Shown: positions 34,643 to 44,668 of the stretch, one piece after another | How the letters are laid out: every line of letters starts with the position of its first letter | Position numbering within the stretch: position 1 is the stretch's first letter | NCBI GenBank assembly: GCA_041687495.1 | Contig: JAWLBR010000002.1 | Location: 11,349 to 75,348 of the forward strand | Reading direction: 5' to 3' | Length of the DNA: 64,000 nt | Source of the DNA: Limnochordia bacterium | Lineage (GTDB): Bacteria > Bacillota > Limnochordia > DTU087 > JAAYGB01 | Made by a program: the position numbers and the translations under genes | The notes under the pieces: model-generated | Seen by the model: only the letters and a program-made list of their open reading frames with translations | What the model was told of the DNA's origin: nothing | The model's database searches: none

Positions 34643-37372
34643 ATGCCGGAAAATCGTGAGAAGCAGTGGCACTCCCTTGGGGTTGAAGAAGTAATAGGAA
34701 ATCTCCAAACTGACACACAAACTGGGCTCAGAGACGGAGAAGTACAGAAGCGGCAGACTGAGTATGGCAAAAACCAGTTAACAGAAGCCCCGGGCCGTTC
34801 AATTTTGTCCATGATCTACGATCAGGTCAGCGGACCGCTGACATTGGTGTTACTGATCGCTGGCCTAATTTCGGGATTGGTCGGTGAATTTGAAGACACC
34901 GTTGTGATCCTCGCTATCGTCGTATTGAATGCTGTCTTGGGGGTCTTTCAGGAAAACAAGGCTGAACAATCGTTGTCTGCGCTGCGCAAGCTATCAGCTC
35001 CCGCCGCGAGGGTAGTGAGAGGGGGACAAACCAAGGATCTCCCAGCCAGTGAGTTAGTTCCCGGTGACGTGATTTTGTTAGAGGCTGGTGCTAGCGTTCC
35101 TGCTGACGCCCGGCTGGTGGAAGCGGCGAACTTGAAGTGCGAGGAAGCGGCACTAACCGGGGAGTCTGTTCCGGTGGACAAAACGACCGAGCGGATAGAT
35201 GACGAGCAAGCCGGAATCGGTGATCGGGAGAACATGGTCTTTGCTAGCACCACGGTCACCTATGGTCGGGGAACCGCCATTGTCGTTGCTACGGGAATGG
35301 GTACAGAGATCGGAAAGATTGCCGGCATGCTGCAGTCTACGCAGCAGGAACCTACCCCCCTCCAGCGCAGAATGGAGGAGCTGGGTAAGCTGCTTGGGTG
35401 GTTTGCTTTGGCGTTGGTTGTGCTGGTCTTCATCGCTGGGCTTCTACGCAAAGAACCTCCCTTTGAGATGTTCATGACTTCCATCGGGCTGGCCGTGGCA
35501 GCGATCCCAGAGGGGCTGCCAACCATTGTGACCATTGTTCTGGCTCTTGGTGTGCAGCGAATGATTAAGCGCAATGCCATTATACGCAAACTGCCCGCGG
35601 TGGAGACTTTGGGAACAGCAACAGTAATCGCGTCGGATAAGACAGGAACACTGACCCAGAACCAAATGACTGTCGCCAGGGCTTTTGTAAACGGTGAATC
35701 GGTAGATGTTTCTGGTCAAGGGTATGAGCCTAAAGGCGAGTTTACGATAGGTGGAGAAACGCCGTCTCACGAACTGGATCATGCCCTCTCTCTTCTCCTG
35801 ACGGCAGGTGCTCTGGCCAATGACGCCAAGCTGGAAAAGAGCGAGACAGGGTACAACATGGTGGGTGATCCCACTGAAGGCGCTTTGGTGGTAGCAGCTG
35901 AGAAGGCTGGACTGATCGCTCGGGAGCTGAACAAGGAGTGGAAGAGAGTCGCTGAACTCCCCTTCGATTCACAACGAAAACGGATGACTACTTTTCACCA
36001 GGTTCCAGGGAAGCACCACTTCGCGGAGGTTTTGAATGGAGACATTGTGGCGTTCACTAAGGGTGGCCCTGATGTGCTGCTTGAGCTGTGCACCCACCAT
36101 TACCGCGACGAGAAGATAGTACCTTTGTCCGATTCGGATAAGGAATCCCTGTTGCAGGTCAACTTGAGCATGGCCGAAGAGGCGCTTCGGGTGTTGGGAG
36201 TGGCTTTCCGGTCTTGGGATAGTGTTCCAGCGCAAGATCAGCTGACGCCTGAGTCGGCAGAAACAGATTTGGTCTTTATCGGCTTCGCCGGCATGATCGA
36301 TCCACCTCGCCCTGAGGCCAGGGAAGCAGTGCGGGAGGCAAAGACGGCCGGCATTCGCCCAATGATGGTGACGGGTGATCATAAAGCAACGGCAATGGCC
36401 ATTGCGAAAGACCTGGGAATTATGGAGACAGGTGATGTGGTCATCTCCGGAGCAGAACTCGAGTCTATTGCCGATGAGGAACTGGCGGAGAAGATTAAGC
36501 ACACGGCGGTCTTTGCCCGGGTGTCTCCTGAGCATAAGGTACGGATCGTGGAGGCACTTCGGAGTAATCGTCAGATCGTAGCTATGACTGGGGATGGGGT
36601 CAACGATGCTCCAGCGCTAAAACGGGCCGATATCGGAGCGGCCATGGGGATAACCGGTACTGATGTTGCCAAACAGGCCGCTGACATGGTCCTGCTTGAT
36701 GACAACTTTGCCACCATTGTAACAGCAGTGAAGGAAGGACGTACTATTTATGCCAACATCCAGCGGGCCATTCAGTACTTGCTTTCCTGCAATGTGGGAG
36801 AAATAGTTGCTATTTTTGCCGCAATCATGTTGGGACTTGGGCGTCCTCTTACAGCGATTCAGATTTTATGGGTTAACCTGGTGACCGATGGGCTGCCCGC
36901 TCTAGCACTGGGAGTCGAGCCTCCGGAGCCGGGGGTCATGGACCGTCCACCGCGGGATCCTAAGGCCGGCGTGTTTAGTGGAGGTCTTGGAGTGTTGATT
37001 GGGCTGCAGGGAGCGATGATTGGCGTTTTGACTCTGATCGGCTACTACTGGGCGCTTACTTCCGGAAGATCAGTTGAGGTTGCCAGAACAGTGGCGTTTG
37101 GCGTACTGGCTTTCTCCCAGTTAGTGCATTCCTTCAATGTGCGCACCCGGAATCGGCCCTTGCTCAAAGTAGGATTTTTCGGCAATACGTGGCTAAACCA
37201 TGCCTTCTTAGCTTCGGGCCTACTGCAGCTTGCCGTTTTGAGCATCCCTGCTGTCGAACCCATATTCGATGTTGTTCCTTTGGGGTGGACTGAGGCGGAG
37301 GTAATTGCCTTGTTGGCCACAGTACCGCTTCTGTTGGGTGAACTGACTAAGTGGCTGTTCCGAAGGAGTTAA
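34643..37372 (+). CDS. P-type ATPase, P2-type (Ca2+-transporting, SERCA/PMCA/YloB-like)
   Basis: ATG at 34643 after GAGGAGG. Carries the DKTGTLT, TGES, PEGLP (AIPEGLP), TGDGVNDAPALK and MVTGDH motifs. 910 aa. Confidence 0.85.
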   Translation: MPENREKQWHSLGVEEVIGNLQTDTQTGLRDGEVQKRQTEYGKNQLTEAPGRSILSMIYDQVSGPLTLVLLIAGLISGLVGEFEDTVVILAIVVLNAVLGVFQENKAEQSLSALRKLSAPAARVVRGGQTKDLPASELVPGDVILLEAGASVPADARLVEAANLKCEEAALTGESVPVDKTTERIDDEQAGIGDRENMVFASTTVTYGRGTAIVVATGMGTEIGKIAGMLQSTQQEPTPLQRRMEELGKLLGWFALALVVLVFIAGLLRKEPPFEMFMTSIGLAVAAIPEGLPTIVTIVLALGVQRMIKRNAIIRKLPAVETLGTATVIASDKTGTLTQNQMTVARAFVNGESVDVSGQGYEPKGEFTIGGETPSHELDHALSLLLTAGALANDAKLEKSETGYNMVGDPTEGALVVAAEKAGLIARELNKEWKRVAELPFDSQRKRMTTFHQVPGKHHFAEVLNGDIVAFTKGGPDVLLELCTHHYRDEKIVPLSDSDKESLLQVNLSMAEEALRVLGVAFRSWDSVPAQDQLTPESAETDLVFIGFAGMIDPPRPEAREAVREAKTAGIRPMMVTGDHKATAMAIAKDLGIMETGDVVISGAELESIADEELAEKIKHTAVFARVSPEHKVRIVEALRSNRQIVAMTGDGVNDAPALKRADIGAAMGITGTDVAKQAADMVLLDDNFATIVTAVKEGRTIYANIQRAIQYLLSCNVGEIVAIFAAIMLGLGRPLTAIQILWVNLVTDGLPALALGVEPPEPGVMDRPPRDPKAGVFSGGLGVLIGLQGAMIGVLTLIGYYWALTSGRSVEVARTVAFGVLAFSQLVHSFNVRTRNRPLLKVGFFGNTWLNHAFLASGLLQLAVLSIPAVEPIFDVVPLGWTEAEVIALLATVPLLLGELTKWLFRRS

Positions 37373-37513
37373 GCAGCGCTACTTCTGCCAGTCTTGAAGC
37401 CGAGACTGGCACAGATCCCCATTTGTGGGTATACTGATATAGTGGGGATGGTAGTTATTCGTTTGTGAGTAATAAGCAGTTGCCAGCCCCGCAGAGACGG
37501 AGGAGGGTTCGCT

Positions 37514-38311
37514 GTGGATTTGGACGAGCTGTATGCCCTTGGCGTTGCCATCGGCGGGAGAGTTATGGCGGCTATCGCCATATTCCTGGTAGGAATTCAT
37601 CTAGTTAAGCTGCTAATGCGGTTGGTTTCTGCATCTTTCGAACGACACCAAGTCGATGCGTCGCTTCGGTCTTTTTCCCTGTCTTTAATCCGTGCGGGCG
37701 GGTACATTATTCTCGGTATCACCATCGCCTCAACTCTAGGAATAGAGATGACGTCGGTGTTGGCGCTGCTTGCTTCAGCCGGATTAGCGGTGGGACTTGC
37801 TTTGCAGGGGAGCCTGTCTAACTTTGCCGGTGGCGTGTTGCTTCTAGCTCTCAAACCCTTTAGGGTAGGGGATTATATCGAGGGGGCAGGCCAGGCTGGA
37901 ACGGTAAATGCAATTCAGATCTTCTATACGACGCTAGTTACACCTGATAACCGTAAGATCATCATTCCTAACGCTGATCTAGCTAACAGTAATACTGTCA
38001 ACTACTCTGCTAACCCGACCCGCCGTTTGGACTTGGTCTTCAGTGCAGGGTACGAGGATGATGTGGACTTTGTTAAGGGAATTCTGGAAGGGGCCGTCGC
38101 AGAGCAGACAGAGGTCCTATCTGATCCGCCTCCCCAAATCGTTGTCGGGGAACACGGTGCCAACTCCATCAATTACTTTGTCAGGGTTTGGGTGAAACGG
38201 GAGGATTATTGGCCCCTGCGATTTGCTTTATTAGAACTGGTGAAGAAGGAGTTTGACAAAGCAGGGATCAATATTCCATACCCGCAGGTGGACGTTCACA
38301 TGAAGAACTAA
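37514..38311 (+). CDS. mscS: Small-conductance mechanosensitive channel (MscS family)
   Basis: GTG start after GGAGGAGGG. Three TM helices, then the MscS beta-domain (FRVGDYIE...GTV..I.IFYT). Confidence 0.85.
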   Translation: MDLDELYALGVAIGGRVMAAIAIFLVGIHLVKLLMRLVSASFERHQVDASLRSFSLSLIRAGGYIILGITIASTLGIEMTSVLALLASAGLAVGLALQGSLSNFAGGVLLLALKPFRVGDYIEGAGQAGTVNAIQIFYTTLVTPDNRKIIIPNADLANSNTVNYSANPTRRLDLVFSAGYEDDVDFVKGILEGAVAEQTEVLSDPPPQIVVGEHGANSINYFVRVWVKREDYWPLRFALLELVKKEFDKAGINIPYPQVDVHMKN

Positions 38312-38355
38312 AGCCTGGTCTTTCGGGCTTAGTATCAAGAATTGCTGTGGATTCG

Positions 38356-38395
38356 AGGCTGGGTTGCTCCAGCCTTGCTTTTTTTGTTTTAGGCC
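38356..38395 (+). terminator. Rho-independent terminator after mscS
   Basis: AGGCTGG-gttgct-CCAGCCT hairpin followed by TGCTTTTTTTGTTTT. Confidence 0.6.
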
Positions 38396-38455
38396 ATCGA
38401 TCAGGCAAAGGATAAAGCTGAGTCCACCCCGAATTCAATACCTCATTCTAACCAC

Positions 38456-39337
38456 GTGATGAGGAATGCGACCATGGCGGAACGCAAAAAAGCAATAATG
38501 TATTTGGTGATCACCGCGGTCCTTTGGAGCACCGGGGGTCTGCTAATCAAGCTGGTGGAGTGGAACCCGGTGGCAATAGCGGGTGCCCGCAGTGGAATCT
38601 CTGCCATGGTGATGATGATCTACTTAAGAAAGCCGATCCAGCTGCGGGGGATCGGTAGAATGCAGTTGTTGGGGGCTATTTCCTATGCTGCGCTGGTGAT
38701 TTTGTTTGTCACCGCGAATAAATTGACTACGTCGGCAAATGCCATACTCCTGCAGTTCACCGCTCCAATCTGGGTTGCTCTATTCTCCGGCTGGATTCTC
38801 AAGGAAGAGATTCGAAAATCAGATTGGGCTGCTGTCATTGCGGTCGTATGTGGAATGGCGGTTTTCTTTGCCGGCGATCTGAGGACTGGAAATATGCTGG
38901 GTAACTTCATTGCAGTCTTGAGCGGCGTGGCCATGGCCGGCGTTGTGATCTTCCTCAAACTTCAGGACAAGTGTTCCCCGTTGGAGATGACTCTGCTGGG
39001 CAACCTTGTCACTTTCGCCATTGCGCTTCCGTTTTACTTCCTGTCAGTTCCCAGCATGAGTAGTGTCGTCGGCTTAGTAACCATGGGAGTTTTTCAGTTG
39101 GGCATTGCCTACATTTTTTATACGATGGCAATCCAACATGTATCGGCCATTGAGGCCATTCTGATCCCGATCATTGAACCCTTGCTCAATCCCGTTTGGG
39201 TATTTCTGGTGGCCAGGGAGTCACCGGGAGGGTATGCCCTTGTCGGAGGCACCATCGTAATCGGTGCAGTCGTGCTTAGGGGAGTGTATCAACAGAGAAA
39301 GCAGCGTCTCTTAGTTAGACAGCACAGCACGGTCTAG
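38456..39337 (+). CDS. EamA/DMT-family (drug/metabolite) transporter
   Basis: 293 aa with two EamA-type 5-TM repeats. Confidence 0.8.
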   Translation: MMRNATMAERKKAIMYLVITAVLWSTGGLLIKLVEWNPVAIAGARSGISAMVMMIYLRKPIQLRGIGRMQLLGAISYAALVILFVTANKLTTSANAILLQFTAPIWVALFSGWILKEEIRKSDWAAVIAVVCGMAVFFAGDLRTGNMLGNFIAVLSGVAMAGVVIFLKLQDKCSPLEMTLLGNLVTFAIALPFYFLSVPSMSSVVGLVTMGVFQLGIAYIFYTMAIQHVSAIEAILIPIIEPLLNPVWVFLVARESPGGYALVGGTIVIGAVVLRGVYQQRKQRLLVRQHSTV

Positions 39338-39385
39338 TTGGCTGCAGTGGCGCTCTGGTAACAAATCAAAGCAGCAAAAAAATGC

Positions 39386-39433
39386 AACCCGGATTGTAAG
39401 ACCTTATCTAGGTCTACTCAATCCGGGTTTTTG
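39386..39433 (+). terminator. Rho-independent terminator after the EamA gene
   Basis: An 11-bp stem (AACCCGGATTG / CAATCCGGGTT) with an internal mini-hairpin, followed by TTTTT. Confidence 0.6.
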
Positions 39434-39578
39434 GCGTCTGCAGCATTTTGATATTTGCGACACAAATCAAGGATTGTAGTCGAATGGAGCGAAATGCCAG
39501 GTTTAGGGTCGCTCTATCTTAGTGGGTTTTGGCTCTTCTGGATACCATTGAAGCCTAAGACGGAGGTGCAGCTAAGCT

Positions 39579-41420
39579 GTGAATGAGTATGCGGAGCTGA
39601 AGCGAAGACTAGCCCATGGTTGGAATACATGGAACACCAGAAGTGTGTTATCTCATGTTTTGTTACCGCAAGGGTTTGCCGTTAATCTAGGAATCAAGGA
39701 ATATGCCAGCGGCAAATACCTGAAGGAAGCTTTGATTGGGAGGTTTGGGGACGATGAAGAGCAAATTCACCCAGGTGCCCATGCCTACGATGCAAGCTAT
39801 ACCGAACTGAACCTGAAGTGGAGAGGTATTGAGATCGTGGTGGAGAGCGCAGTTGTGGAGGATGATTTGGTTCTGCTGGTGACTCCAGTCAAGAATCAGA
39901 TGTATCCGCCTACGCTGGTGATCGAGACGGGGATGCTCTGGAACAGACCTGGCGCCTTGGCTCTCGAGGGTGAGAGGGTTAAGGCTGACCTGCCGACGGG
40001 GACTTTGTCCGTGTACACTACTGGGGAACCGGTCAAAGAGCTTAACATTCCGACCCAGGCTCCTTATCTTGCGGTGAAAATGGATCAAGCGGTGGGAGTC
40101 TCGGTCGGTAAAGAAAGGTCTTTGTCAGAAATCCAATCGGCTGTGCGGGCCAATCGCGAGGAGCATGTGCAGCGGCGGGAAATATATGGAGAGCTGGCAG
40201 AAACGTATAACGCTCTGCAAAGTTGCATGGCATGGGATACCATCTATGAGCCGCAGAAAGATCGGGTCGTTACTCCCGTAAGCCGTATTTGGAATATCAA
40301 GAATGGCGGTTATGTCTTGTTTTGTTGGGACAATTACTTTGCTGCTTATCTGGCTTCTTTGGATAGCAAGGACCTGGCGTATGCCAACGCTGTGGAGATG
40401 ACCCGAGAAGCAACACCAGATGGTTTTGTGCCCAACTGTGCTTGGGGTACAGGGTTCTCCAGCCTTGATCGCTCTCAGCCTCCGGTAGGTTCGATGGTTG
40501 TCCGTGAACTCTATCGTAAGTACCGAGAGAAGTGGCTGGTAGATGAGGTTTTTGCTGATCTATACAAATGGAACACCTGGTTTATCCGCAATCGAGAGGT
40601 GGAGCCAGGCTTGATGGCGTGGGGCTCAACTCCCTATGGACCAAAATACGGAAATCACTGGGAGACAGCGGGGGTCAACGATACATTTGGCGGAGCGTTG
40701 GAGTCTGGATTAGATAACTCGCCGATGTACGATGATATCCCCTTTGACCAGGAAAAGCACTGTATGAAACTGGCAGACGTAGGCTTAACCGGCTTGTGCA
40801 TCATGGATTGCCGTGCCCTTGCCGAACTCGCCGATGTGCTTGGGAAAGCTGACGAGGCAAAGGAATTGCGCGCTAGAGCAGCCAATTTGGAACAGGGACT
40901 GCAGACACTGTGGGATGAGCAGACTGGATTTTTCCTGAACAAGCGCACTGACACGGGGCAGTTCAGTCATCGGATCTCGCCGACGAACTTCTACGCCTTG
41001 TTTGGTTCAAGTGTGACTCCTAATCAAGCGGAGCGAATCATTAGCGAGCATTTCTATAACCCCGAAGAGTTCTGGGGCGAATGGATCATGCCGTCCATCG
41101 CCCGCAATGATCCCGCCTACCCAGATCAGAACTACTGGCGGGGACGGATTTGGGCCCCAATGAATTTCCTGGTATACTTAGGACTGCGCAACCATTGCTT
41201 AGAGAAGGCTCAACAAGACCTAGCCGACAAATCCCAGCGGCTGCTGTTGAAGGAATGGTTGGAGCTGGGGCACGTGCACGAGAACTATTGCGCTAATACC
41301 GGCAGTGGGTGTGGTGTTAGCAACAGCGACAAGTTCTACCATTGGGGATCACTGCTGGCTCTGATCACCTTGATCGAAGCTGGATATGTTGAAGGCCCGG
41401 AAAAGCCTTTGGAGCCTTAA
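39579..41420 (+). CDS. (alpha/alpha)6-barrel glycoside hydrolase, GH63-like (glucosyl/mannosyl-glycerate hydrolase or processing alpha-glucosidase type)
   Basis: 613 aa cytoplasmic protein. The acidic and aromatic motif pattern (FCWDNYF, LDNSPMYDD, YWRGRIWAPMNFLVY) is characteristic of the GH63/GH37 six-hairpin fold. Confidence 0.55.
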   Translation: MNEYAELKRRLAHGWNTWNTRSVLSHVLLPQGFAVNLGIKEYASGKYLKEALIGRFGDDEEQIHPGAHAYDASYTELNLKWRGIEIVVESAVVEDDLVLLVTPVKNQMYPPTLVIETGMLWNRPGALALEGERVKADLPTGTLSVYTTGEPVKELNIPTQAPYLAVKMDQAVGVSVGKERSLSEIQSAVRANREEHVQRREIYGELAETYNALQSCMAWDTIYEPQKDRVVTPVSRIWNIKNGGYVLFCWDNYFAAYLASLDSKDLAYANAVEMTREATPDGFVPNCAWGTGFSSLDRSQPPVGSMVVRELYRKYREKWLVDEVFADLYKWNTWFIRNREVEPGLMAWGSTPYGPKYGNHWETAGVNDTFGGALESGLDNSPMYDDIPFDQEKHCMKLADVGLTGLCIMDCRALAELADVLGKADEAKELRARAANLEQGLQTLWDEQTGFFLNKRTDTGQFSHRISPTNFYALFGSSVTPNQAERIISEHFYNPEEFWGEWIMPSIARNDPAYPDQNYWRGRIWAPMNFLVYLGLRNHCLEKAQQDLADKSQRLLLKEWLELGHVHENYCANTGSGCGVSNSDKFYHWGSLLALITLIEAGYVEGPEKPLEP

Positions 41421-41476
41421 GTAAACCATTTCTGCACTGCTCCTAGCTACGGACAAACTTTGGAACGAAGAAGGAG

Positions 41477-41866
41477 ATGTGGTCGGTGGACTTCACTGAA
41501 CTGTACAATGAAGCGAAAGCTGTCCTGAATCCTCGCAAGCTGTCTGATACAGCAGACGCCGGGGGCGTAGGAGCTGCCATTCTTAGTGAGTCTGGCACAG
41601 TGTATCGCGGTGTGTGTATTGACACTGCTTGTTCCATGGGATTTTGTGCCGAGCATGCTGCGGCGGCAGCGATGATAACTGCCGGCGAGAACCGTGTGGT
41701 AAAGATGGTCGCCGTTGATTGGGATGGTAAGGTTCTTCCGCCGTGTGGACGCTGTCGGGAGTTCATCAGCCAGCTCCACTTAGATAACTTGGAAGCAGAA
41801 GTGTTGGTTGCTGATGGTGTAGTCGTGACCCTAAAAGAGCTGTTGCCCTACAGTTGGCGGGGGTAG
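41477..41866 (+). CDS. Cytidine/deoxycytidine deaminase-family zinc enzyme (tetrameric CDA-like)
   Basis: Zinc ligands CAEHAA...PCGRCRE, spaced as in homotetrameric cytidine deaminase. Confidence 0.7.
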   Translation: MWSVDFTELYNEAKAVLNPRKLSDTADAGGVGAAILSESGTVYRGVCIDTACSMGFCAEHAAAAAMITAGENRVVKMVAVDWDGKVLPPCGRCREFISQLHLDNLEAEVLVADGVVVTLKELLPYSWRG

Positions 41867-42059
41867 GGTAAGAGCTAGCGTTGACGCACAGGCTTGTTTA
41901 CGCGGTACCGTCTTTTGGAAGGTAAAGGCCTTGGTCTCGCCAGCATGCGGCGAAGCCAAGGCCTGATCTATGCTACTTGAATTTCCGCGGTGGCGAGAAG
42001 CTTGTATGTCCCATGTGTATCAGGGTAACTTAGGTGTGACGATTGAGAGGAGACGAAAT

Positions 42060-42497
42060 ATGTACTTTGAGGATTTTACACTCGGGCAGATCTTTCGGCT
42101 TGAACCGATAAGCCTGACAGAAGCTGAGATCCGTCAGTTCGCAGAGAGCTACGATCCACTGCCAATACACACCGAGCCGGATTTCGCGGCGAGTTCAATC
42201 TTTGGCGGAATCATTGCCTCGGGTTTTCACACTCTCAGTGCAGTGTGGGGGCGATGGATCCGATTGAACAAGCTGGGTACAGAGGTGATTGGTGGTCTGG
42301 GTATAGACTACCTGAGATGGACTGCCCCGGTACGTCCAGGTGACCAACTCCGGGCTGAGGTAGAAATCTCCGAGCTCATTCCCTCCTCGAAGGGCGGGCG
42401 GGGCATTGTTGGGATGAAGGTCTCAGTGAGCAATCAGCATGGAGAGTCTGTACTAGTCGCCCAAGTTAAGGGGCTAATGAAGGGCAGACACCAGTAG
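42060..42497 (+). CDS. MaoC-like (R)-specific enoyl-CoA hydratase / hot-dog fold dehydratase
   Basis: ATG at 42060 after GAGAGGAGACG. Hot-dog motif (FAAS.IFGG.IASGFHTLS) and a central helix. Confidence 0.8.
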   Translation: MYFEDFTLGQIFRLEPISLTEAEIRQFAESYDPLPIHTEPDFAASSIFGGIIASGFHTLSAVWGRWIRLNKLGTEVIGGLGIDYLRWTAPVRPGDQLRAEVEISELIPSSKGGRGIVGMKVSVSNQHGESVLVAQVKGLMKGRHQ

Positions 42498-42510
42498 ACA
42501 CAAGGGGGCC

Positions 42511-42936
42511 ATGTCTGATAGAATTGAGAAAACAGTGTCAATAGAGGTTGATACAATGAAGTGCAAACCTGCTTACCTGCTCAAGCTGTTTGCAGTTCTT
42601 CTGATCGCTCTGGTTGTGGCAGGCGCTGTTTCCCACCAAGAGGCACAGTTGCCACAAGCAGATAAGGAGCTACTGCTTCCAGTAGGAACCCGACCACTGG
42701 GTAGTACAACGATTAGCCTTTCGAGAGAGCGGCCCTTCGTCGCGGTCTTTACTCAGTTGAACCGATTTGCCTCGCTAGCCCTTTTGTCTAGCCTTTTGGT
42801 TATGCCAAACCGTTCTCCTGCCTCCAAGGTAGTCAGAGCGGTTTTTATCTCCGCTTTTCGTCCCTTCCGACGACAGTTCACCCTAGCGGTTTACAATCAA
42901 TCGGCGTACAAAGACCTCCCCACGGCTTGCTCATAA
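42511..42936 (+). CDS. Hypothetical membrane-anchored protein
   Basis: 141 aa with one TM segment (LLKLFAVLLIALVVAGAV). No family recognised, and the start is uncertain. Confidence 0.3.
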   Translation: MSDRIEKTVSIEVDTMKCKPAYLLKLFAVLLIALVVAGAVSHQEAQLPQADKELLLPVGTRPLGSTTISLSRERPFVAVFTQLNRFASLALLSSLLVMPNRSPASKVVRAVFISAFRPFRRQFTLAVYNQSAYKDLPTACS

Positions 42937-42960
42937 CAAGAAGCCATTGGGGGGGAGTTG

Positions 42961-43035
42961 CATGCTGGAGAACATTATTGTCGGTGCCATCGTCGTAGTG
43001 TTTGTTATTGGTGCCTTCATCAGCCTGCGTCGTTA
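42961..43035 (+). CDS. Possible 24-aa hydrophobic micro-protein (MLENIIVGAIVVVFVIGAFISLRR)
   Basis: Not in the ORF track (too short). ATG after GGGGGGA, a single TM-length hydrophobic stretch ending in RR, followed immediately by a strong terminator. Confidence 0.3.
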
Positions 43036-43044
43036 GCAGCGGGA

Positions 43045-43090
43045 AGTCCAGGCAGGTCGGAAATGTCACTGCCTGGACTTCTTTTCCTCG
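43045..43090 (+). terminator. Rho-independent terminator following the micro-ORF
   Basis: An 11-bp perfect stem (AGTCCAGGCAG / CTGCCTGGACT) with a 13-nt loop, then TTCTTTTCC. Confidence 0.55.
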
Positions 43091-43174
43091 CTCCATGGAG
43101 CGACACTCCTCCTGTTGAGAAATATGTCCATATCAACGGCATTTCCGCTCGATACCGGAAGGAAGTGAGACTAT

Positions 43175-44668
43175 TTGAACGTACTCATCGGAAAGTTCAA
43201 AGAAGTATTGTTTGCCGTACTTCCGACCACCGTTATTGTCTTGGTTTTGCATTTTACCCTTACTCCTCTTGACGCCCCCATGCTGGTTCGTTTCCTTGTC
43301 GGCGCAGTCCTGATTGTCCTCGGTCTTTCTGTGTTCCTATTTGGAGTGGACCTTGGCATTAGCCCCATTGGTCACTTGATGGGGGGAACACTGACCAAGA
43401 GCAACAAACTCTGGGTCGTGGTGGCCGGTGGGTTGATCCTGGGATTTTTCATTTCGATAGCGGAACCAGATCTGCATATTTTGGCTGGGCAAGTTGATTT
43501 TGTCACCTCCGGAGTGATTTCCAAGCTTAGCATCGTTGCGGTTGTGTCTGTTGGCATCGCCGTCATGCTCGCCTTGGGACTGGTTCGGATCGTGTACAAC
43601 ATTCCCCTGTACAAAATACTGACGGTACTGTATGCCATCGTATTTGCGTTAGGCGTATTCACTTCACCAGAGTTTCTGGCGATCTCCCTCGATGCTTCTG
43701 GAGCTACAACCGGGGCAATGACAGTGCCGTTCATTTTGGCGCTGGCTCTTGGTGTCACAGCACTCAAGAAGGATCCTAAGGCTTTAGAAAAAGACAGCTT
43801 CGGTTTGGTTGCAATTGTCTCCGCGGGTGCTATAATATCAGTTATGTTAATGAGTATTCTCTCGGGTGTAGACAGAGATTTTGCTGGGCCTGCATCCGAG
43901 GTGGCTTATGCAGCATCGATTTTTGCACCCTTCGGACAGAAGCTGCCCACAGTCGTTGAAGAAGTGTTTGTCGCACTCATCCCCATCATTGCAGCATTCC
44001 TCATCCTGCAATATGTATCGTTTAGGCTACCGGGGAGAAGCGTTAGGAAAATCCTAACGGGCCTAGTGTATACGTTCACAGGGTTGGTGCTGTTCTTGGT
44101 GGGCGTAAACGCAGGCTTCATGGATGTCGGAACTTTTGTAGGATATCGTCTCGCATCGCTGGACAACAAAGCTTTGGTAGTAGGCCTCGGTTTTCTCATA
44201 GGTCTGGTAACAATACTGGCAGAGCCGGCTGTTTACGTTTTGACGACACAGATAGAAAACGTTACCAGTGGATACGTGAGGAGGAAGATTGTCCTTCTGG
44301 CACTGTCCTTGGGAGTTGGCATTGCCGTGGCACTATCGATGCTTAGGATCATTGTTCCTGGAATTCAGCTATGGCACTATGTCCTTCCTGGTTATGTCCT
44401 AGCGATCACGATGACCTACTTTGCGCCAAAGCTCTTTGTCGGCATGGCCTTTGATTCAGGTGGAGTTGCTTCTGGTCCCATGACTGCCACTTTTGTGTTA
44501 GCCTTTGCTCAAGGCGTCGCACAGGCCATTGAAGGGGCAAACGTTGTGGTCGACGGGTTTGGCGTCATTGCCATGGTGGCGATGACACCATTGATCACGC
44601 TGCAGATTTTGGGGCTGATTTTCAAAGCAAAGTCTGGAAAAGAGGGAGTGGCAGCAGATGGACAATAG
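43175..44668 (+). CDS. DUF1538-family integral membrane protein, internally duplicated (two DUF1538 halves fused)
   Basis: 497 aa. TTG start after AGGAAGTGAG. The N-terminal half (KEVLFAVLPTTVIVLVLHF...) is echoed by the second half (VEEVFVALIPIIAAFLILQYV...). Polytopic. Confidence 0.55.
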   Translation: MNVLIGKFKEVLFAVLPTTVIVLVLHFTLTPLDAPMLVRFLVGAVLIVLGLSVFLFGVDLGISPIGHLMGGTLTKSNKLWVVVAGGLILGFFISIAEPDLHILAGQVDFVTSGVISKLSIVAVVSVGIAVMLALGLVRIVYNIPLYKILTVLYAIVFALGVFTSPEFLAISLDASGATTGAMTVPFILALALGVTALKKDPKALEKDSFGLVAIVSAGAIISVMLMSILSGVDRDFAGPASEVAYAASIFAPFGQKLPTVVEEVFVALIPIIAAFLILQYVSFRLPGRSVRKILTGLVYTFTGLVLFLVGVNAGFMDVGTFVGYRLASLDNKALVVGLGFLIGLVTILAEPAVYVLTTQIENVTSGYVRRKIVLLALSLGVGIAVALSMLRIIVPGIQLWHYVLPGYVLAITMTYFAPKLFVGMAFDSGGVASGPMTATFVLAFAQGVAQAIEGANVVVDGFGVIAMVAMTPLITLQILGLIFKAKSGKEGVAADGQ